In this document: piece after piece, positions 1 through 13,500 of the stretch
Layout of the letters: each line of letters starts with the position of its first letter
How positions within the stretch are numbered: the first letter of the stretch is position 1
NCBI GenBank assembly: GCA_000934665.2
Contig: KZ538120.1
Coordinates: 1-64,000, forward strand
From: Catajapyx aquilonaris
Taxonomy: Eukaryota
DNA length: 64,000 nt
Direction: 5' to 3'
Position numbers and translations under genes: made by a program
Notes under the pieces: generated by a model
What the model saw: only the letters and a program-made list of their open reading frames with translations
Told to the model about the DNA's origin: nothing
Databases searched by the model: none

Positions 1-39
1 GTCCCTTTAAAATAGGTGCTTTTCAAACCCTGCACGAAA

Positions 40-201
40 AAGTAACTTAGTAACTTTCGTTACAAAGTTACTGTTTAAAGGTAACTAGTTACAAGTAATA
101 GTTACTTGTGCACAAAAGTAACGAAGTTACCGGGAAAAGTACTCAAAAAGTAACTAGTTACTAGTAACGCGTTATTTCTACTCAGTTACTACCCAACTCT
201 G
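40..201. mobile_element. Right end of a non-autonomous hAT-like element with GTAAC/GTTAC subterminal repeats
   Basis: More than ten GTAAC/GTTAC motifs in both orientations, ending in GTTACTACCCAACTCTG (CAG-type terminus). The left end is outside the window. Confidence 0.55.
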
Positions 202-289
202 GGTATTTCGTAAACTATCATGTGCCCGCTTTTGTAGGTGACAGAACCTTGAACTGACCAAAAGACTGCATGTGACTTCAACACCAAAG

Positions 290-295
290 TTTATT
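290..295 (-). promoter_or_regulatory. Probable GAPDH polyadenylation signal AATAAA
   Basis: TTTATT on the plus strand, about 200 nt downstream of the GAPDH stop. Confidence 0.6.
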
Positions 296-498
296 GTCAA
301 CTCTACATTGTTGTCAAACGACGGGGCAAATTAACACTGGACTTTTACCGGGTGTAACATCACAACTCCTTAACATCATGGCCCAACATCACAAATTACT
401 AAACAACCTCGAATAGCACACGCTTGGAATTGGCTTGTGAACTACATAAGACTGGACATGCCCCTGTCGAAGAAGGATTATGTGCAGGAACCTCCAGT

Positions 499-786
<288 letters not shown>

Positions 787-1575
787 TTATTGGCGGTCAC
801 ATTGTTACAGGAAGCAATGCAGCCACATATTATCACAGATGAGATGCTGCAACATAGTCCATTTTTGGAAATATGAAAATGTGGCACCATCTGCAGATTA
901 TGTAAGTATCTGACGTATCTTTAAATATTTCTGTTTTTTATGAGGTAAGGTCACACAGAACCCCCGAGAAGTGCAATGGCTTGTTTAGTGCTGGAAAGAT
1001 GCCAGGTCCATCCCAAAGCCAAGTTCCTCTCATACTGTCCCTTGCTTATTTCAGGAAAGGCTAGGTTGAAATATGGGCCAACCCATGTTACAGTGAAAAC
1101 TGTACAGTTTCTATTGCAGGAAGTACTCCACAGACACACAAATATGGCCCATTATCTTATCTACAATCCTAAAAGCATGTTCCTTTCCTTCCACTTTGTA
1201 AGTAGGTCGGTGCCTTAAATACCATCAGGGAGGACCACAGCTTTTCCTTCCGAGATTACTTGGAACACACTGGATATTTCATTAGATGAGACTGGTCAGT
1301 TGCCAGTAAGCTTTCCCAGCATGATATTTGGCTGTGACCTGATAACCTGAATGACACGACAACCTCAATAACCGTGAAAGGAAAAATAACAAACAAGTAT
1401 TAGCAGTGTAGTTTACGATGCAGGAAATTGAGGCATTCAGGGCAGCATGACCAACTGATTTCCACCCTGTATGTAACTTTCTCATTAAGGTGTAAGCCCT
1501 AACCACTAATTACACACTCTTGATAGCAATTGTCAAAGTTAATGTGAGCGTATCAGGATATCTGCTTTCCAATTA

Positions 1576-1675
1576 CAGTTGAATTTGGATATAACAGACT
1601 TCAAGGGACTTTGGAAAAAGTCTGTTATAACCGAAAGTCTGTTATAGTCGATGCTGTTATATCTGAATTCATCTG
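1576..1675. mobile_element. Tc1/mariner-pogo-type MITE in the last GAPDH intron
   Basis: TA|CAGTTGAATTTGGATATAACAG ... CTGTTATATCTGAATTCATCTG|TA: imperfect TIRs of about 22 bp with TA on both flanks. Confidence 0.7.
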
Positions 1676-1759
1676 TATATTGATGCTCAATCAACAGTTT
1701 TTTGTTCGTGCCACTTATTAGATCCAGATTCACAGTACTTTCAAGACGCATGGTAGCTA

Positions 1760-1936
<177 letters not shown>

Positions 1937-1955
1937 TCACAACCTGCTTCTGTCA

Positions 1956-2600
<645 letters not shown>

Positions 2601-2684
2601 TTACGGTAGATGAAATATCTACACCACATTGCTTCCCACTCAGGTTTTTGACCCAAAGAATGGACACTCGGATGTTAAGGATTG

Positions 2685-2750
2685 CAGGCAATTGGATTTC
2701 AACCGAGAGCTTCTGGAATAACAGCCTAATCCACTAGACTTTCTCCATAC
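2685..2750 (-). mobile_element. Degenerate tRNA-derived SINE head (tentative)
   Basis: Minus strand has A-box-like AGTCTAGTGG (2740-2731) and B-box-like GGTTGAAATCC (2704-2694) at tRNA-like spacing. No full cloverleaf. Confidence 0.3.
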
Positions 2751-3242
2751 TCCAGGTAATTGCTATATTTTATAAGCTGGTAATTGAAAGCATTTACTTA
2801 TCACTAATCTTCTACCTAGACCTTTGTCATAAAATTCTTATCAGCAAGTTGCATGATGATGCAATAGGTGCACCACGACTGTGAACGGAAGTTCACCTTA
2901 TTGCAGTCACTTGAAGACTGTGCAGAAATAGCGTCCTGAACTTTTCCCTTCATTGAATGGAATAGTTTCTACTTGTGCCAAACGCCCCATAACAGCTGCA
3001 AAAATAACACTTTTAGCACTGCACAAAACCACAAATACTTGCAGACCAACTGCTGCAATTTACATGTTCCATTGCAGTTCTTCCTGTACTGCACTAAGCA
3101 TACATTATTCTGATGCAAATCTGCTTTTTCATTCCATCACTTTCTAACGGTATTATTCTACAGTTAAGTTGCTTCTTATTCTCTCCATAGAAATAGCTGT
3201 ACAGCCTCATTAGGTTAAATTTTTTCCGGCAGCTTAAAATTA

Positions 3243-3379
3243 GGGCCGGTTCCACCGAGCTCAGTATATTATAAATCCGAGTTTCTTTTCGAAAAATGCT
3301 CCGTTTCCCTTGTTGACAACAATGGTTGCTAAGGTTCTAAGTTGCTTAGGTTCTAAGTTACGCTGAGCTTGGTGAAACC
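3243..3379. mobile_element. Short MITE, PIF/Harbinger-like termini
   Basis: GGTTCCACCGAGCTCAG (3248-3264) is the inverted complement of CTGAGCTTGGTGAAACC (3363-3379) with 2 mismatches. Left end reads GGGCCGG. Confidence 0.5.
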
Positions 3380-3912
3380 AATTATTCTGTACGTCTGAGC
3401 TGGATGTGCATACAGTCTACTGCACTTTGTTTATGACTTTTCTAACTTCTCGCTTGTGTCTACCCAGCCTGGTTATACCCAAAAACTCACTGCACGATGT
3501 ACGCTCAGCGACTCACAAGTGTATGACTGGTGCCTTCCAGAATGTACCCTGATAATAATAACTGTGTCCCTCTCTATCCTCTTGCCCCACCCAATGATAA
3601 AGAGGTCACGCTTGGACCGCCTGCCCTGTCACTCTCCCACAGCATTCCAACATGTCACATGCAATCAAAACCCAGATCACGTACGTTGGTACGTACAGTA
3701 CACAAGAAAATCATCAAAGCACCAAAAGCCTTCTAATCATACATTATGCAACAAACGACCTTCTTGACCTTCACACATTCTAATCCAGACATGACATTAT
3801 TCTAGTGCCTATTCTAGCCAAAATGGAACAATCAAAATTATTGGAAATTCCCCAAATTCGAATTTAACCTTCGTGGCAACCATTACGTGTATACCGGTCG
3901 TTCGATACTCAC

Positions 3913-4150
3913 TCTGAGAGAGACCGTATGGAGTCTAGAGAGAGTGTTGGTCCTGCCCTTGCACCGGTGTCGGAGGCTGGGAGTAGAAGACAGGGAGTAG
4001 TTTGGAAGGAAAAGGGAGAGGGGTCCAAGGGGGCACGTACTTTCAGAGAGACCTTTCTGAAGGACGAAGGGTCGTTCCAAAAGGTGGGGGGGGGAGAGAG
4101 AGAGAGACAGCGGGTCACGTGACGTCCGCTGGTGACGTAGGAGGTGACGT
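3913..4150 (-). promoter_or_regulatory. Probable GAPDH promoter and non-coding first exon
   Basis: Minus-strand donor AGA|GTGAGT at 3912-3907, pyrimidine-rich leader, and GTCACGTGAC plus three TGACGT motifs at 4114-4150. A matching acceptor TTTCCTTTAG lies at about 2570, just before the ATG. Confidence 0.5.
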
Positions 4151-4955
4151 AAAGGCAGGGTTGCCAATAGTGGAACGTGGGGGGGATTTCAAAACGCGCG
4201 GTTCTTGTTTGCTAATTTCGGACATAATTGTGCGAAAATTGTGCAGTTTGGTGATTGGGCTTTTTTTCATGGAGTTTGGCGCCTGGAATGGCGGCGACTT
4301 GATGGACAAGAGAGGAGGGCAGGGTAGCCGGACTTGCAGGATGAATAAGCAAGGACGGCTCGGGGGACATTCCAAGGCCAAATGCCACTCATGGCCTGGC
4401 TGGGTGTTAATTATGAGATGTTCGTGTGTAATGTGGCACGTGCCAGATGGATGGCGAGAAGGCGACACTCTTACGGGACAAACATCGGGGCAAAATGACA
4501 TACGGCTTGATGTTGGGTGGAATGTTTGCAAACATCATACCTCGGGGCAGGAAGGGTTGGAAAACAATGTTGTGTCGCCGGCTATTACGGTCCGTATCGT
4601 TTACTTTGATTTAGTTGGACTTGGACTGGACTGAAGAATTTATTAAACTAGGACACCACACGTCATATGTAATTACGTTTAGTGTTGTCACAGCACAGGT
4701 ACACCAGTACTTTCGTAAATACAGTATTTACTTTCTGGAAGGGAGCCGACTTTTCTCTTGCATTAATAGTGGATAATTCATGAAGATTAGAAAGTAATTT
4801 TGGATCAAAAATATAAAATGGGTTCACTGAAATAAACACATGGTTGTTACCTGAACATTCGTATTAGCAGGAACACGCCAGCATAGAGGACAACCAAGCA
4901 GAAATGAACGCAGGATGTCAGTAGGAAACTTACTGTATTTATCCTTCCAATAAAA

Positions 4956-5248
4956 TCTCTATCTCTATAAATAAGGAAGTTTGTGAGTTTGTCAGTGTGT
5001 CAAAATAATAAATTCAAAAATTCAGGGCGGCTTCTGATTGGATGTATTATTATTGTTTGATTGGTTCAAATCACATTCGGGTGGCTGATGGTTGGATCTG
5101 CAAACTGGGGCTGACGGGATTGGACGGTGTAGGTAGGTTCAGGACGGTTCGGTAGTCGTCGCGTCGGCCCGAATGCGTTTTGGGCAGGGCTTTACAATTC
5201 GGGTATTCGGACTCTACATCCGCTAAGCGCAGCACGGCCTTTCCTAAG
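4956..5248 (+). mobile_element. Probable non-autonomous Helitron
   Basis: A|TC 5' start (TCTCTATCTCTATAAATAAGG) followed by a degenerate GTTTGT tract. 3' GC-rich segment ends in CTAAG|T, a variant of CTRR. Confidence 0.4.
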
Positions 5249-5849
5249 TAACACACTAACACTGGCAGGGCAACATCCTTTATTTGTATTTTGCCTATTT
5301 GATTGTGGGCCTGGGCCCGACACTATGCAAGCAAGACATACCTGTGAGTATAGACCCTTGTCGTATGTAAAATTATTTTGTACTCACCATCACAGCATGT
5401 ACACGACATGGTGAGTACCGCCGGTGAGTACACAGCACGGAGAGAAGTAATGCCGAGCCTTGATGCACAGCAGCTTCCTTAGCCACTTTCCTACACCATG
5501 CTGGCACCTAACCCCCGTATTTCCGTATCAAGATTAACACACAATACTGTACAGTACATTATTATTATTTTTTAAATAACATTATGTTCCTGACCGTGTT
5601 CGAATCACCGGAGTCCGTGCCGGAGTTGACAACCAAGGGTTCACCCAATCCCCGCCACGCGTCGCAACGCAGTGCAGCAGGTGGCGCCATCACCCGAGCC
5701 CCCCCTCCAACCACTCCAATTATTTTATAAACCCATTTCATCTCTAATTAATTACAACTTAACCACGATAACCCGACCCTGCACCGCAACCAACACTATT
5801 CCCCCACCAAATCGCGACATATGATCGATCACACCCAGAAAGTGATCGG

Positions 5850-6179
5850 GGCAGTGGAAGAAGGAAGTGCGGCGATGGGTCTCTTGGCCTGGCAACTCGG
5901 GCATCAGTTTCGGGAGGTTTTCCGTCGGGTCCGGTTGGGGCCTGTGCTGCTTCCTCCTCTGGACTCTCTTCTTCTTCTACTTGCCTTTGGCTGCTCCAGA
6001 TTCGTCTAGGGAAGAGGCGGGAGGGGGGGAAAAACTCTTTCCTTTTTTCTTACTCTTCTACACTGGAGCAAGGGGAGGACCAGGACCCACAAGAAGGCAA
6101 AAAGGACTTTTGGTTGTGTGTCGCCGAGATCTGTGTTCCATCATGCCCAGGTTTATGGAGAAGGAGGTGAACTAGAAAG
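5850..6179 (+). other. Candidate non-coding first exon of the RhoGAP gene (start approximate)
   Basis: GC-rich stretch ending in donor AAG|GTGAGA at 6180, upstream of acceptor TTTGCAG at 7418. Confidence 0.35.
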
Positions 6180-7525
6180 GTGAGAGCTAGGCCTAGGTCC
6201 AATATGCCAAAGGGGAAGGGGATTTAGTTTTTTAAGAATGGCTTGGGGAAGGGGAAAAAATGGGAGGTTGAAAGGGTAGGGGGGAAGGGAAGGGAAGGGG
6301 GGAAACATTTGGCACAAAAAAATAGAGTGCGTTTTGGCCATTTGTGGTTTCGGATGAACAGCGACTAGTCTGGACACGGGTTGCTTGCCCGTAATGCGGC
6401 TCATGTGCTGTGCGGTGTTACCACGGTGTCCAGACTAGGCTCGTAACATGGTGTACAGCATAAGTAGAGAAAACCAGGCCTTGACGTAGCTTTTAATGCA
6501 TTTAGCCTTGCTGAAAGGAGCTGTTACACTAGAGGGGTCGAAGTGCACATGGTCATATGATTGTAAGCCCAACTCCACAGCACATGTCATTAAGACCAAA
6601 CCTGAAGTGTGCCTGATCCTTGGAATGAAAGCACAGAAACCTAACAAAGTTTACTTGGAATGTAGGTTGTTGGTAAAAATTTGGCTTCACCATATTGTGA
6701 TGATGTGACAAGGTCGTCTTATTTGCTGCGTTGCTTCCCCAGTAATTGATGTATAGGATGGCAGGTGCATGTTTAGCAACGGCAATATTAAGTAATGGAC
6801 TTTGCAAGTGGAATTAAGTACCCATTGCATACATATTCATGCACAGACTTGGGAGATACAGAAAGTGTTGGGAAATCTAATATTTTTAATGTTAGCGACA
6901 GGATTGTAATGTACGCTAGTTGTGCTTCTGTAATTTAAGCTGTGGAAGTTGTCGTACCACTTAGGCCATCCCGACAGGCTTTATAAGCAGGTCTCGCCTG
7001 CAGATGGCAGTAGGCTACGTGTCAACATGCCTTTCGCAGATGGAGGCACTTTGACCGATTCACCTGTGCGTGCTTGATTACATTATGCTTAGGCTGGCAG
7101 TAGGCTCAAGTCCAACAACCTGGCATGAGTAAACGGTAGACTTAATGTACTGCCGCCAACATGAGAGGGAGTCTTGAGTAACTTAAAATATCCGTATGTA
7201 CATGCTAGACTTCACATGATATTTAGAGCCATATTTTGTGTCATTATTATTTGTAAAGCCATCATTTTTGCATGGGTCTCATTTTGACATTTTAATTTAC
7301 CACATCGTTGCATGCTTGTTGGATTTATGTTTTGTTATTCAGCACATCCTCCTTATGTTCTCTCGGCCCTTTCCACCTTGTCCTCCCATCCACCTCCTTG
7401 CTTTTATGTTGTTTGCAGTGGTGCATGTGCAGCGGTCAGTGTTGCATGCAGTGTGTGGGTGGTTGTGGCAGCACGAGGATTGGACAGGATGACGGAGGGA
7501 AGGTGACTGACTGTAGTGAGCGAAA

Positions 7526-7567
7526 ATGCCCGATAAAGAAGAGGAAGCGCCCTCGGCTTCCTCCCCG
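7526..7567 (+). CDS. RhoGAP19D: RhoGAP probable first coding exon ([14 protein letters not shown])
   Basis: AAAATG context. Donor CCG|GTGAGT is phase 0, matching the acceptor at 19633. Exon acceptor TTTGCAG at 7418. Confidence 0.6.
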
Positions 7568-10500
7568 GTGAGTACAAGGCGCACACTTGAACTTTGGGGC
7601 TGTCGCAGCACCGGTGGCGGAACGCTTGGTACCAGGATCTGGGTTGTCTGCATATGTGTTACTATAGTAGTTGTAAAGTTGTGAGTTTATCCTGTGAGAG
7701 TGTGTTAAAGGGCATGACTTATCTGGCTAGCCATATGTTTCATTTTTTTACACGTAAATCTGCCTGGCTGCTGCAGAGTTCTAAGTGTAAAGCACTTATG
7801 TTTTTCATTATCAGTCTATCAGCGACTAGTGCCGGATGATCTCATAGTACAAAGTAAGCTTTCAGGCCAGTAATTGCACGTATCAGATTTCATACCCACA
7901 GCATTGTACCATTGACCAGTAGCCCATACTATCGGGCGCCACCCAATCTTGACATGCAGGACACGCCATTTGGATAATGTTCACCGCATTTTAAGTGCCG
8001 TCATCAAGGCCGTAATGAATATGTTATTTTGTTTTTCATTACCCCCAAAGCCGCACTTGAAAAAGAGGGCTGGACTAACAGGTGGTGATCCGCGATACCG
8101 AAACCTGATCGGGCATTTTAATGGACTCCAAAACGGACGAGGAAGGAAACCCAAAGCCTTGTAATGGACGGGTTTCCAAGCCAGGATGACGATGACTCGA
8201 GGAGAAAACCTCTGGATGAGTCACACCAAAATGTGTGTCCCCCCCCTCTCTAGTGGAAAGAGGGGAGTGATGCAAGTTGTACTCCATGATTTGCATGAAA
8301 TATTGAAGGCAGGGTTCACCATTGGTGCTTGTTTTAGGGCGACGTGCGTCTACGCACGTCAGACATCAGTACACTCTGCACCGAATCAATACCCATATTC
8401 GCCTGATGCAAAGATAAGGGGGGTGGAGAGAAAACTTTTGGGTGAACACCGTGCCATTTTCTGGTGGGGAATGCCATTTGTTCTTGTGGAAAATGTCGGA
8501 ATTGGAACTGCGAAGGGGGAAAAGAGTTGAGGGGGGGAATTGAATGAGGCTGCAGCATAATGCGGTCGAGAAGACTTTTGAATGCCCTTTACTTTTTGAA
8601 ACGAAGGCTTTTGTGACCGGGCAAAGTCGACCGTTGACCTGGATGAGAGAGTGTTCTGGAGAATTTTTTAAAAGGAGGATAGCACCTGTTTTTTATGGTG
8701 CATCTGACTGATAAAGCTAAATTGTGTCAGGGTACTTGAGAGATTAATTGTGGATGTCTGGCTTCAGGTGACAGGGTATTGCTTGTACGTGAGAGTATGT
8801 AGGATGATGGCAAATTGCGTGTGGTTAGGTTAGGTGTGAATTCCGGTTCATGCGTTGAAACAAATCCTGCAACATGTAATTTTTGGTTGTTACAATTGTT
8901 TTGCGCACTTCCTGGCGATTGTTTCGTGATGATTAAAATCTCTGCTGATTTAAAGTTGTGCTGCATTTCTGGGCAGTATATTAAGAAAATAAATTTCACG
9001 ATATTTTTCTGTCAGCATCTGCTGTGTGTTAAATTTGGCTAAAAATGTTCTAAGTGGTTATTTCCTCGTTTCCTTCGCCAGTTGCTTATTCCTGTGCTTT
9101 ACAAAGACCCGTGCCGGAGCACCCAATATTTCTACCACCACATAATATCACAGGGAATATTTATGAAGGTCAGGCATTTCCGTTGTTGACAAACAGCACG
9201 GTTATGCAAATGACGACAAGTTTTGCATATGATTCCGCATAGTTTCTGCAAAATTTGCATTCAGCCACGACGGGCTATACGAGCAAGAATTTCAAGCGAC
9301 TCTTTTTCCCTCGGTTTTTTGATGAAGTTATTCGGTAGGGCAGCCCCTGAGAATGCCCGTGGAAATAAATGTTCCAGGCTCGGCGGGGTTAATATTGCAG
9401 CAAGCTCCGGTACAAAATGGAATTAGCCGCACTATTTATGTTGACCCGATGCAAAGCTTATTTGCAACCTGTCGCGGAAGCCAGCCCAGCAGGGCAGAAG
9501 TCATTAAGGCCCCTTTCATTAAGGGCCCTGAATCTCCGGAAGAACAGCGTGGGTTCTTTTTTTTTATGTGGCCGAAATTTGGGCACTAATGACCCCTCCA
9601 GCTACGTCACCTGGGCTGGACTCGATGCTTAGCTGACTAATACGGGTATCGATTATCGGTTTCGGGGAGAGCCCTCCCGAGAGTGCAGGCCAGAGGAGGA
9701 AAGGAATGGGACTAAAAATACTATACCTATCTGGGGGTCTGCTGGGGGAAGCAGGAACCGGGGCCCAGAAAAGGTCTGACCTGTGGTACCGTCAATCATC
9801 AACGGGAGTCAGGTCACTCATCCTACGAACAGAAATAAAAACTGTTGGGCGCCCACCAGAAATCCGATAGTCCACAGGTGCTTGTTAGGATCCTAATTGA
9901 TTTTAAAGGGGGGCTTCCATATGGTCAATAGCAGGTGCTATCGATGTATCTAATAATTGCAAACGATATGTCGCAATTTCTTTCGGTTTATGTGGCGACA
10001 AGACTAGACCAGAAAAATGCGATGTATGGCATATTTCGATGAATTGCGAGCTATTTATTGAATATTGACCTTCGACATTGAGTCCCGTGTTTAACAGGCT
10101 GATGGATGCGGGGGGTTGGGATGCTGGCAGGGACGTAAAGAAATGGGTGGGGGGTTAAAACTCATTGGCAGACGAGTCTTGTTGCGGAATAGCCAACGTT
10201 CCAGGCATGCACGGGTCCGGCCCCGAATATTTGGGCAGAGGTGGTGGCCCACTCTGGAATGCGGGCTCCATTTAGGAGTCTTTGGACCGGAACATGCGTG
10301 TGTGTGCAATCCGATTCTCATAACTGCGGCAACCCCGGGTCACGTGGAGTTGTCGCCATGTTTGGTCCGGAGGTGCCGCAGGTATTTGAAGTCTGCGTTA
10401 TTCGGCACCTCTGTGACATTTTCCGGGGTGTTTGCTAATTAAAACCTGCATGAAGTGGGCACATATTTGCGCTGGGGGTGTTTTTCCGAGCAAATATTGA

Positions 10501-13500
10501 CGAATTAAAGAGTACTGACCTGGCAAGTACACTATTTACGTCTTCTTTTCGCGCGGGGAAAGGACATGGGTGGGGGGTAAAAGCGATGTATACCGAGTTA
10601 TTTTTGTTGGGTGGCCCAGGTTAATTGCCAGAGAGTGGCATGCAGCAGGCAGTGCAATTGAGCAAAAGCTTGGAGACCCGATCGACTGCGAGTAATCTTC
10701 CGGTTGTTAACCTCCCCTGGTGGAATTTCCGGTTGGCAGTGGGCTTTTTTATCATGTCACTTGACCTCGCGTTGCCAGCTTTCCTCGATCATTTGGCACC
10801 TGGGCATGCACTGCTTTCCCCTCCTTGGCGACACACATGACCCCCGTCGTGACAGTAGGGGTCAGGGACAAGGTGAAGCCCGTGACAAGTCTAGTTTGTT
10901 TTGCGACCAGAGGGTTCCTTAACTGCTTAACACATTGAGTGGGAGGACTCGAAATGGGTCAGTGGAAATCCATGCCATGTGCTGTAAAACGATCCTGCGC
11001 ATGAGTTGGCAACGAGGAAGATGAAAAAGGGACCAGAAAAAAAAAATTAAAAAAATTGACCAACAACAGAGCCATTATTGAGCCGGACAAGGATGGCCAT
11101 GTGCACTTGTCACTTATAGGGTAGCATGACATGAAGGGGTGACTGGTCAGGTTTTAAGCTTGCGTGGGATGATGCAGGTTCGAGGGATTAACCATAATTC
11201 GGGAATGTTTTTAAAGCAGCTTAGCTGTAATGAGCAATCCCGCTTCTTTTATGCATGTATGTGAATGAGTGGCTTTGACATTTCGGAAGTAGTTATTCAG
11301 GCAGGGGGATTACAGGTTAATAGATTCAATGCGACGCTTATTTATTATTTAACCAATTGACAACGTAATGAAGTGAGTGATACTTCCAAATCTGTGCATC
11401 AATTGAATCATGAGAACTGTGTGGATGTTTGGATAAATATTTCGTACTCACACACGTTGCTGGCTGATAGTTTCGGGCGAGTACATACGCAAGTACGTGC
11501 CTTGCTGCAAACTACTCAAATAGTTTATGGCACTTAAAGCCCTATAATAATAAGTGAAAATAGCCTCGGGCGACGAATTTAGTAAGACAAGTAATTAAGC
11601 AGACTGTAGGTGGCCGGCTTGGAGAACAAAACTTCTAATATAGACATAAGTGCTCGAGTGTATTGTGGCGAACAATACAAAAATGCGGTCATTTCGCTGA
11701 TTGTGTCAAGGCTGTGTCGGCATTATGTTTGTTCGAGCCACTCTATTTCTCAGCTCGTTGACTTCTATTCGAAAGAGGGCTTTTGTTGCACACCCTGGGG
11801 TCCACGTGAAAGGGGGCCTCTCAAGAGATGTTCTTCCTTGCGACATGATGGGAAAATGTTTCACCGACTCGTGTGCTTTATAACCCTCCCCTCCTGCCCG
11901 CTCATTAGTCAGGTTATTAAACCTTGGGGTTTATTAATTTTTATTGGCTCCGCTCTTTGTCCGGAACAGGAAGTGCATCATGTTTGAGCGATCTTGACCC
12001 CTCAATTACGACGATGGGACGTAATATCCCTCTTTGACTTCTAAATTGAGAGGTGAATTTGATTAATAGCGCACTTTGTCCGACGTGGCCTCCTTTTTGT
12101 TGCCCAGGGATCCGACCGAAAGTTTCCGGTATCGCTGATGGGATTACACGGTGTACTACTCAATGATACATTGGACCGTCAATGACCTCCCTCGGACACA
12201 CGTCTCCCATGACCAAAAATCCCGGTTTTGGCTCCGTGGGATGTTCGAGTGACATTTTTCCCAGCACCCCCCTCCGACGCAGTTGTTTGTGTGTGTGTGT
12301 GTGTATGATGGGTTTATTTCATTTGCTAACCGAGCTTGGCCCTTGGCAACCGACGGTACCTCGCCGGCCCAAGTGAGACTGAAGAAATGACACGGCAGAG
12401 CCAGCAGCCAGAGCAAAAGGCTCCAAGAATAGTCTCAACACCGAGTCTCGTGGCCTCATTCCTCTTGTCTCTCCCCTGCTTTCTACATGGAAATGCTTGG
12501 GCTGTTCCTGAAGTTTCAAATGACGGGGGTTTTCGGACCTGGGTGTTTCGCTCTTGAAAAATGTGACCCTTGCCTCGCCCTTCAGAGAGGTTGCAGTATT
12601 TGAAGATAAACGTATATTACCTCTTCTTTTTTTTGTCAGCCCTTGACGTGCTGCTGTGATTGGAAAAACGTTAGCAGGGATTCTCAAACAACCTTTTGAT
12701 GTTTTTCGTTATTGCTCCGAGAATATAACGCAATATTGCTAAAAATATTGACTAGGCCGGTCTATGTGAATGTATTCCGCTCTTACAAGCTAGGCACTGC
12801 GGGTGAGCAATTTGGGGATCCGCCCTACCTGTATATGTAAAAAAAAAGTTAGAATCCCAGGTTAATATGATGAGAGAAAATGTGTTGTTTTTTTGGACGG
12901 TTCTGCACCCCCCTCACACACAACACCCTCATTCGGACATTATCAACACGAATGCCTATCCTAATTAGAATGGGGAATGAGAGGGTTTTGTACCCCGGTG
13001 CGTGCGAGTTGGCCAGGGGGAAAAAACTGGCCCAGTCACTTGCGAGTAGCGAGGTAGCTATCGGCTGATTGAACTACTTGGATGTATGTCCTGCCGAATG
13101 TGCCACAGGCAGGCGCAATGGCCTGGAAGGAAGCCTGTATAGATCCCCGTCAGCAAAGGTAAAGATCAGATTACCCCCTTCTTCCCGCCCACTCCCCAAG
13201 GTTCAAAAATAAGTCGCCTTTCCACGCAATGCGGAATAATAAGCAGAACCAGCAGGCCTTCCCCCCCCCCCCCCCCCCCCCCCCCCCTTTTTNNNNNNNN
13301 NNNNNNNNNNNNNNNNNNNNNNNNNNNNNNNNNNNNNNNNNNNNNNNNNNNNNNNNNNNNNNNNNNNNNNNNNNNNNNNNNNNNNNNNNNNNNNNNNNNN
13401 NNNNNNNNNNNNNNNNNNNNNNNNNNNNNNNNNNNNNNNNNNNNNNNNNNNNNNNNNNNNNNNNNNNNNNNNNNNNNNNNNNNNNNNNNNNNNNNNNNNN

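Noticed and set aside
3883..4634. ORFs 3883-4167, 4002-4634 and 4115-4531
   Set aside because: No recognisable domains. They overlap the inferred GAPDH promoter and leader.
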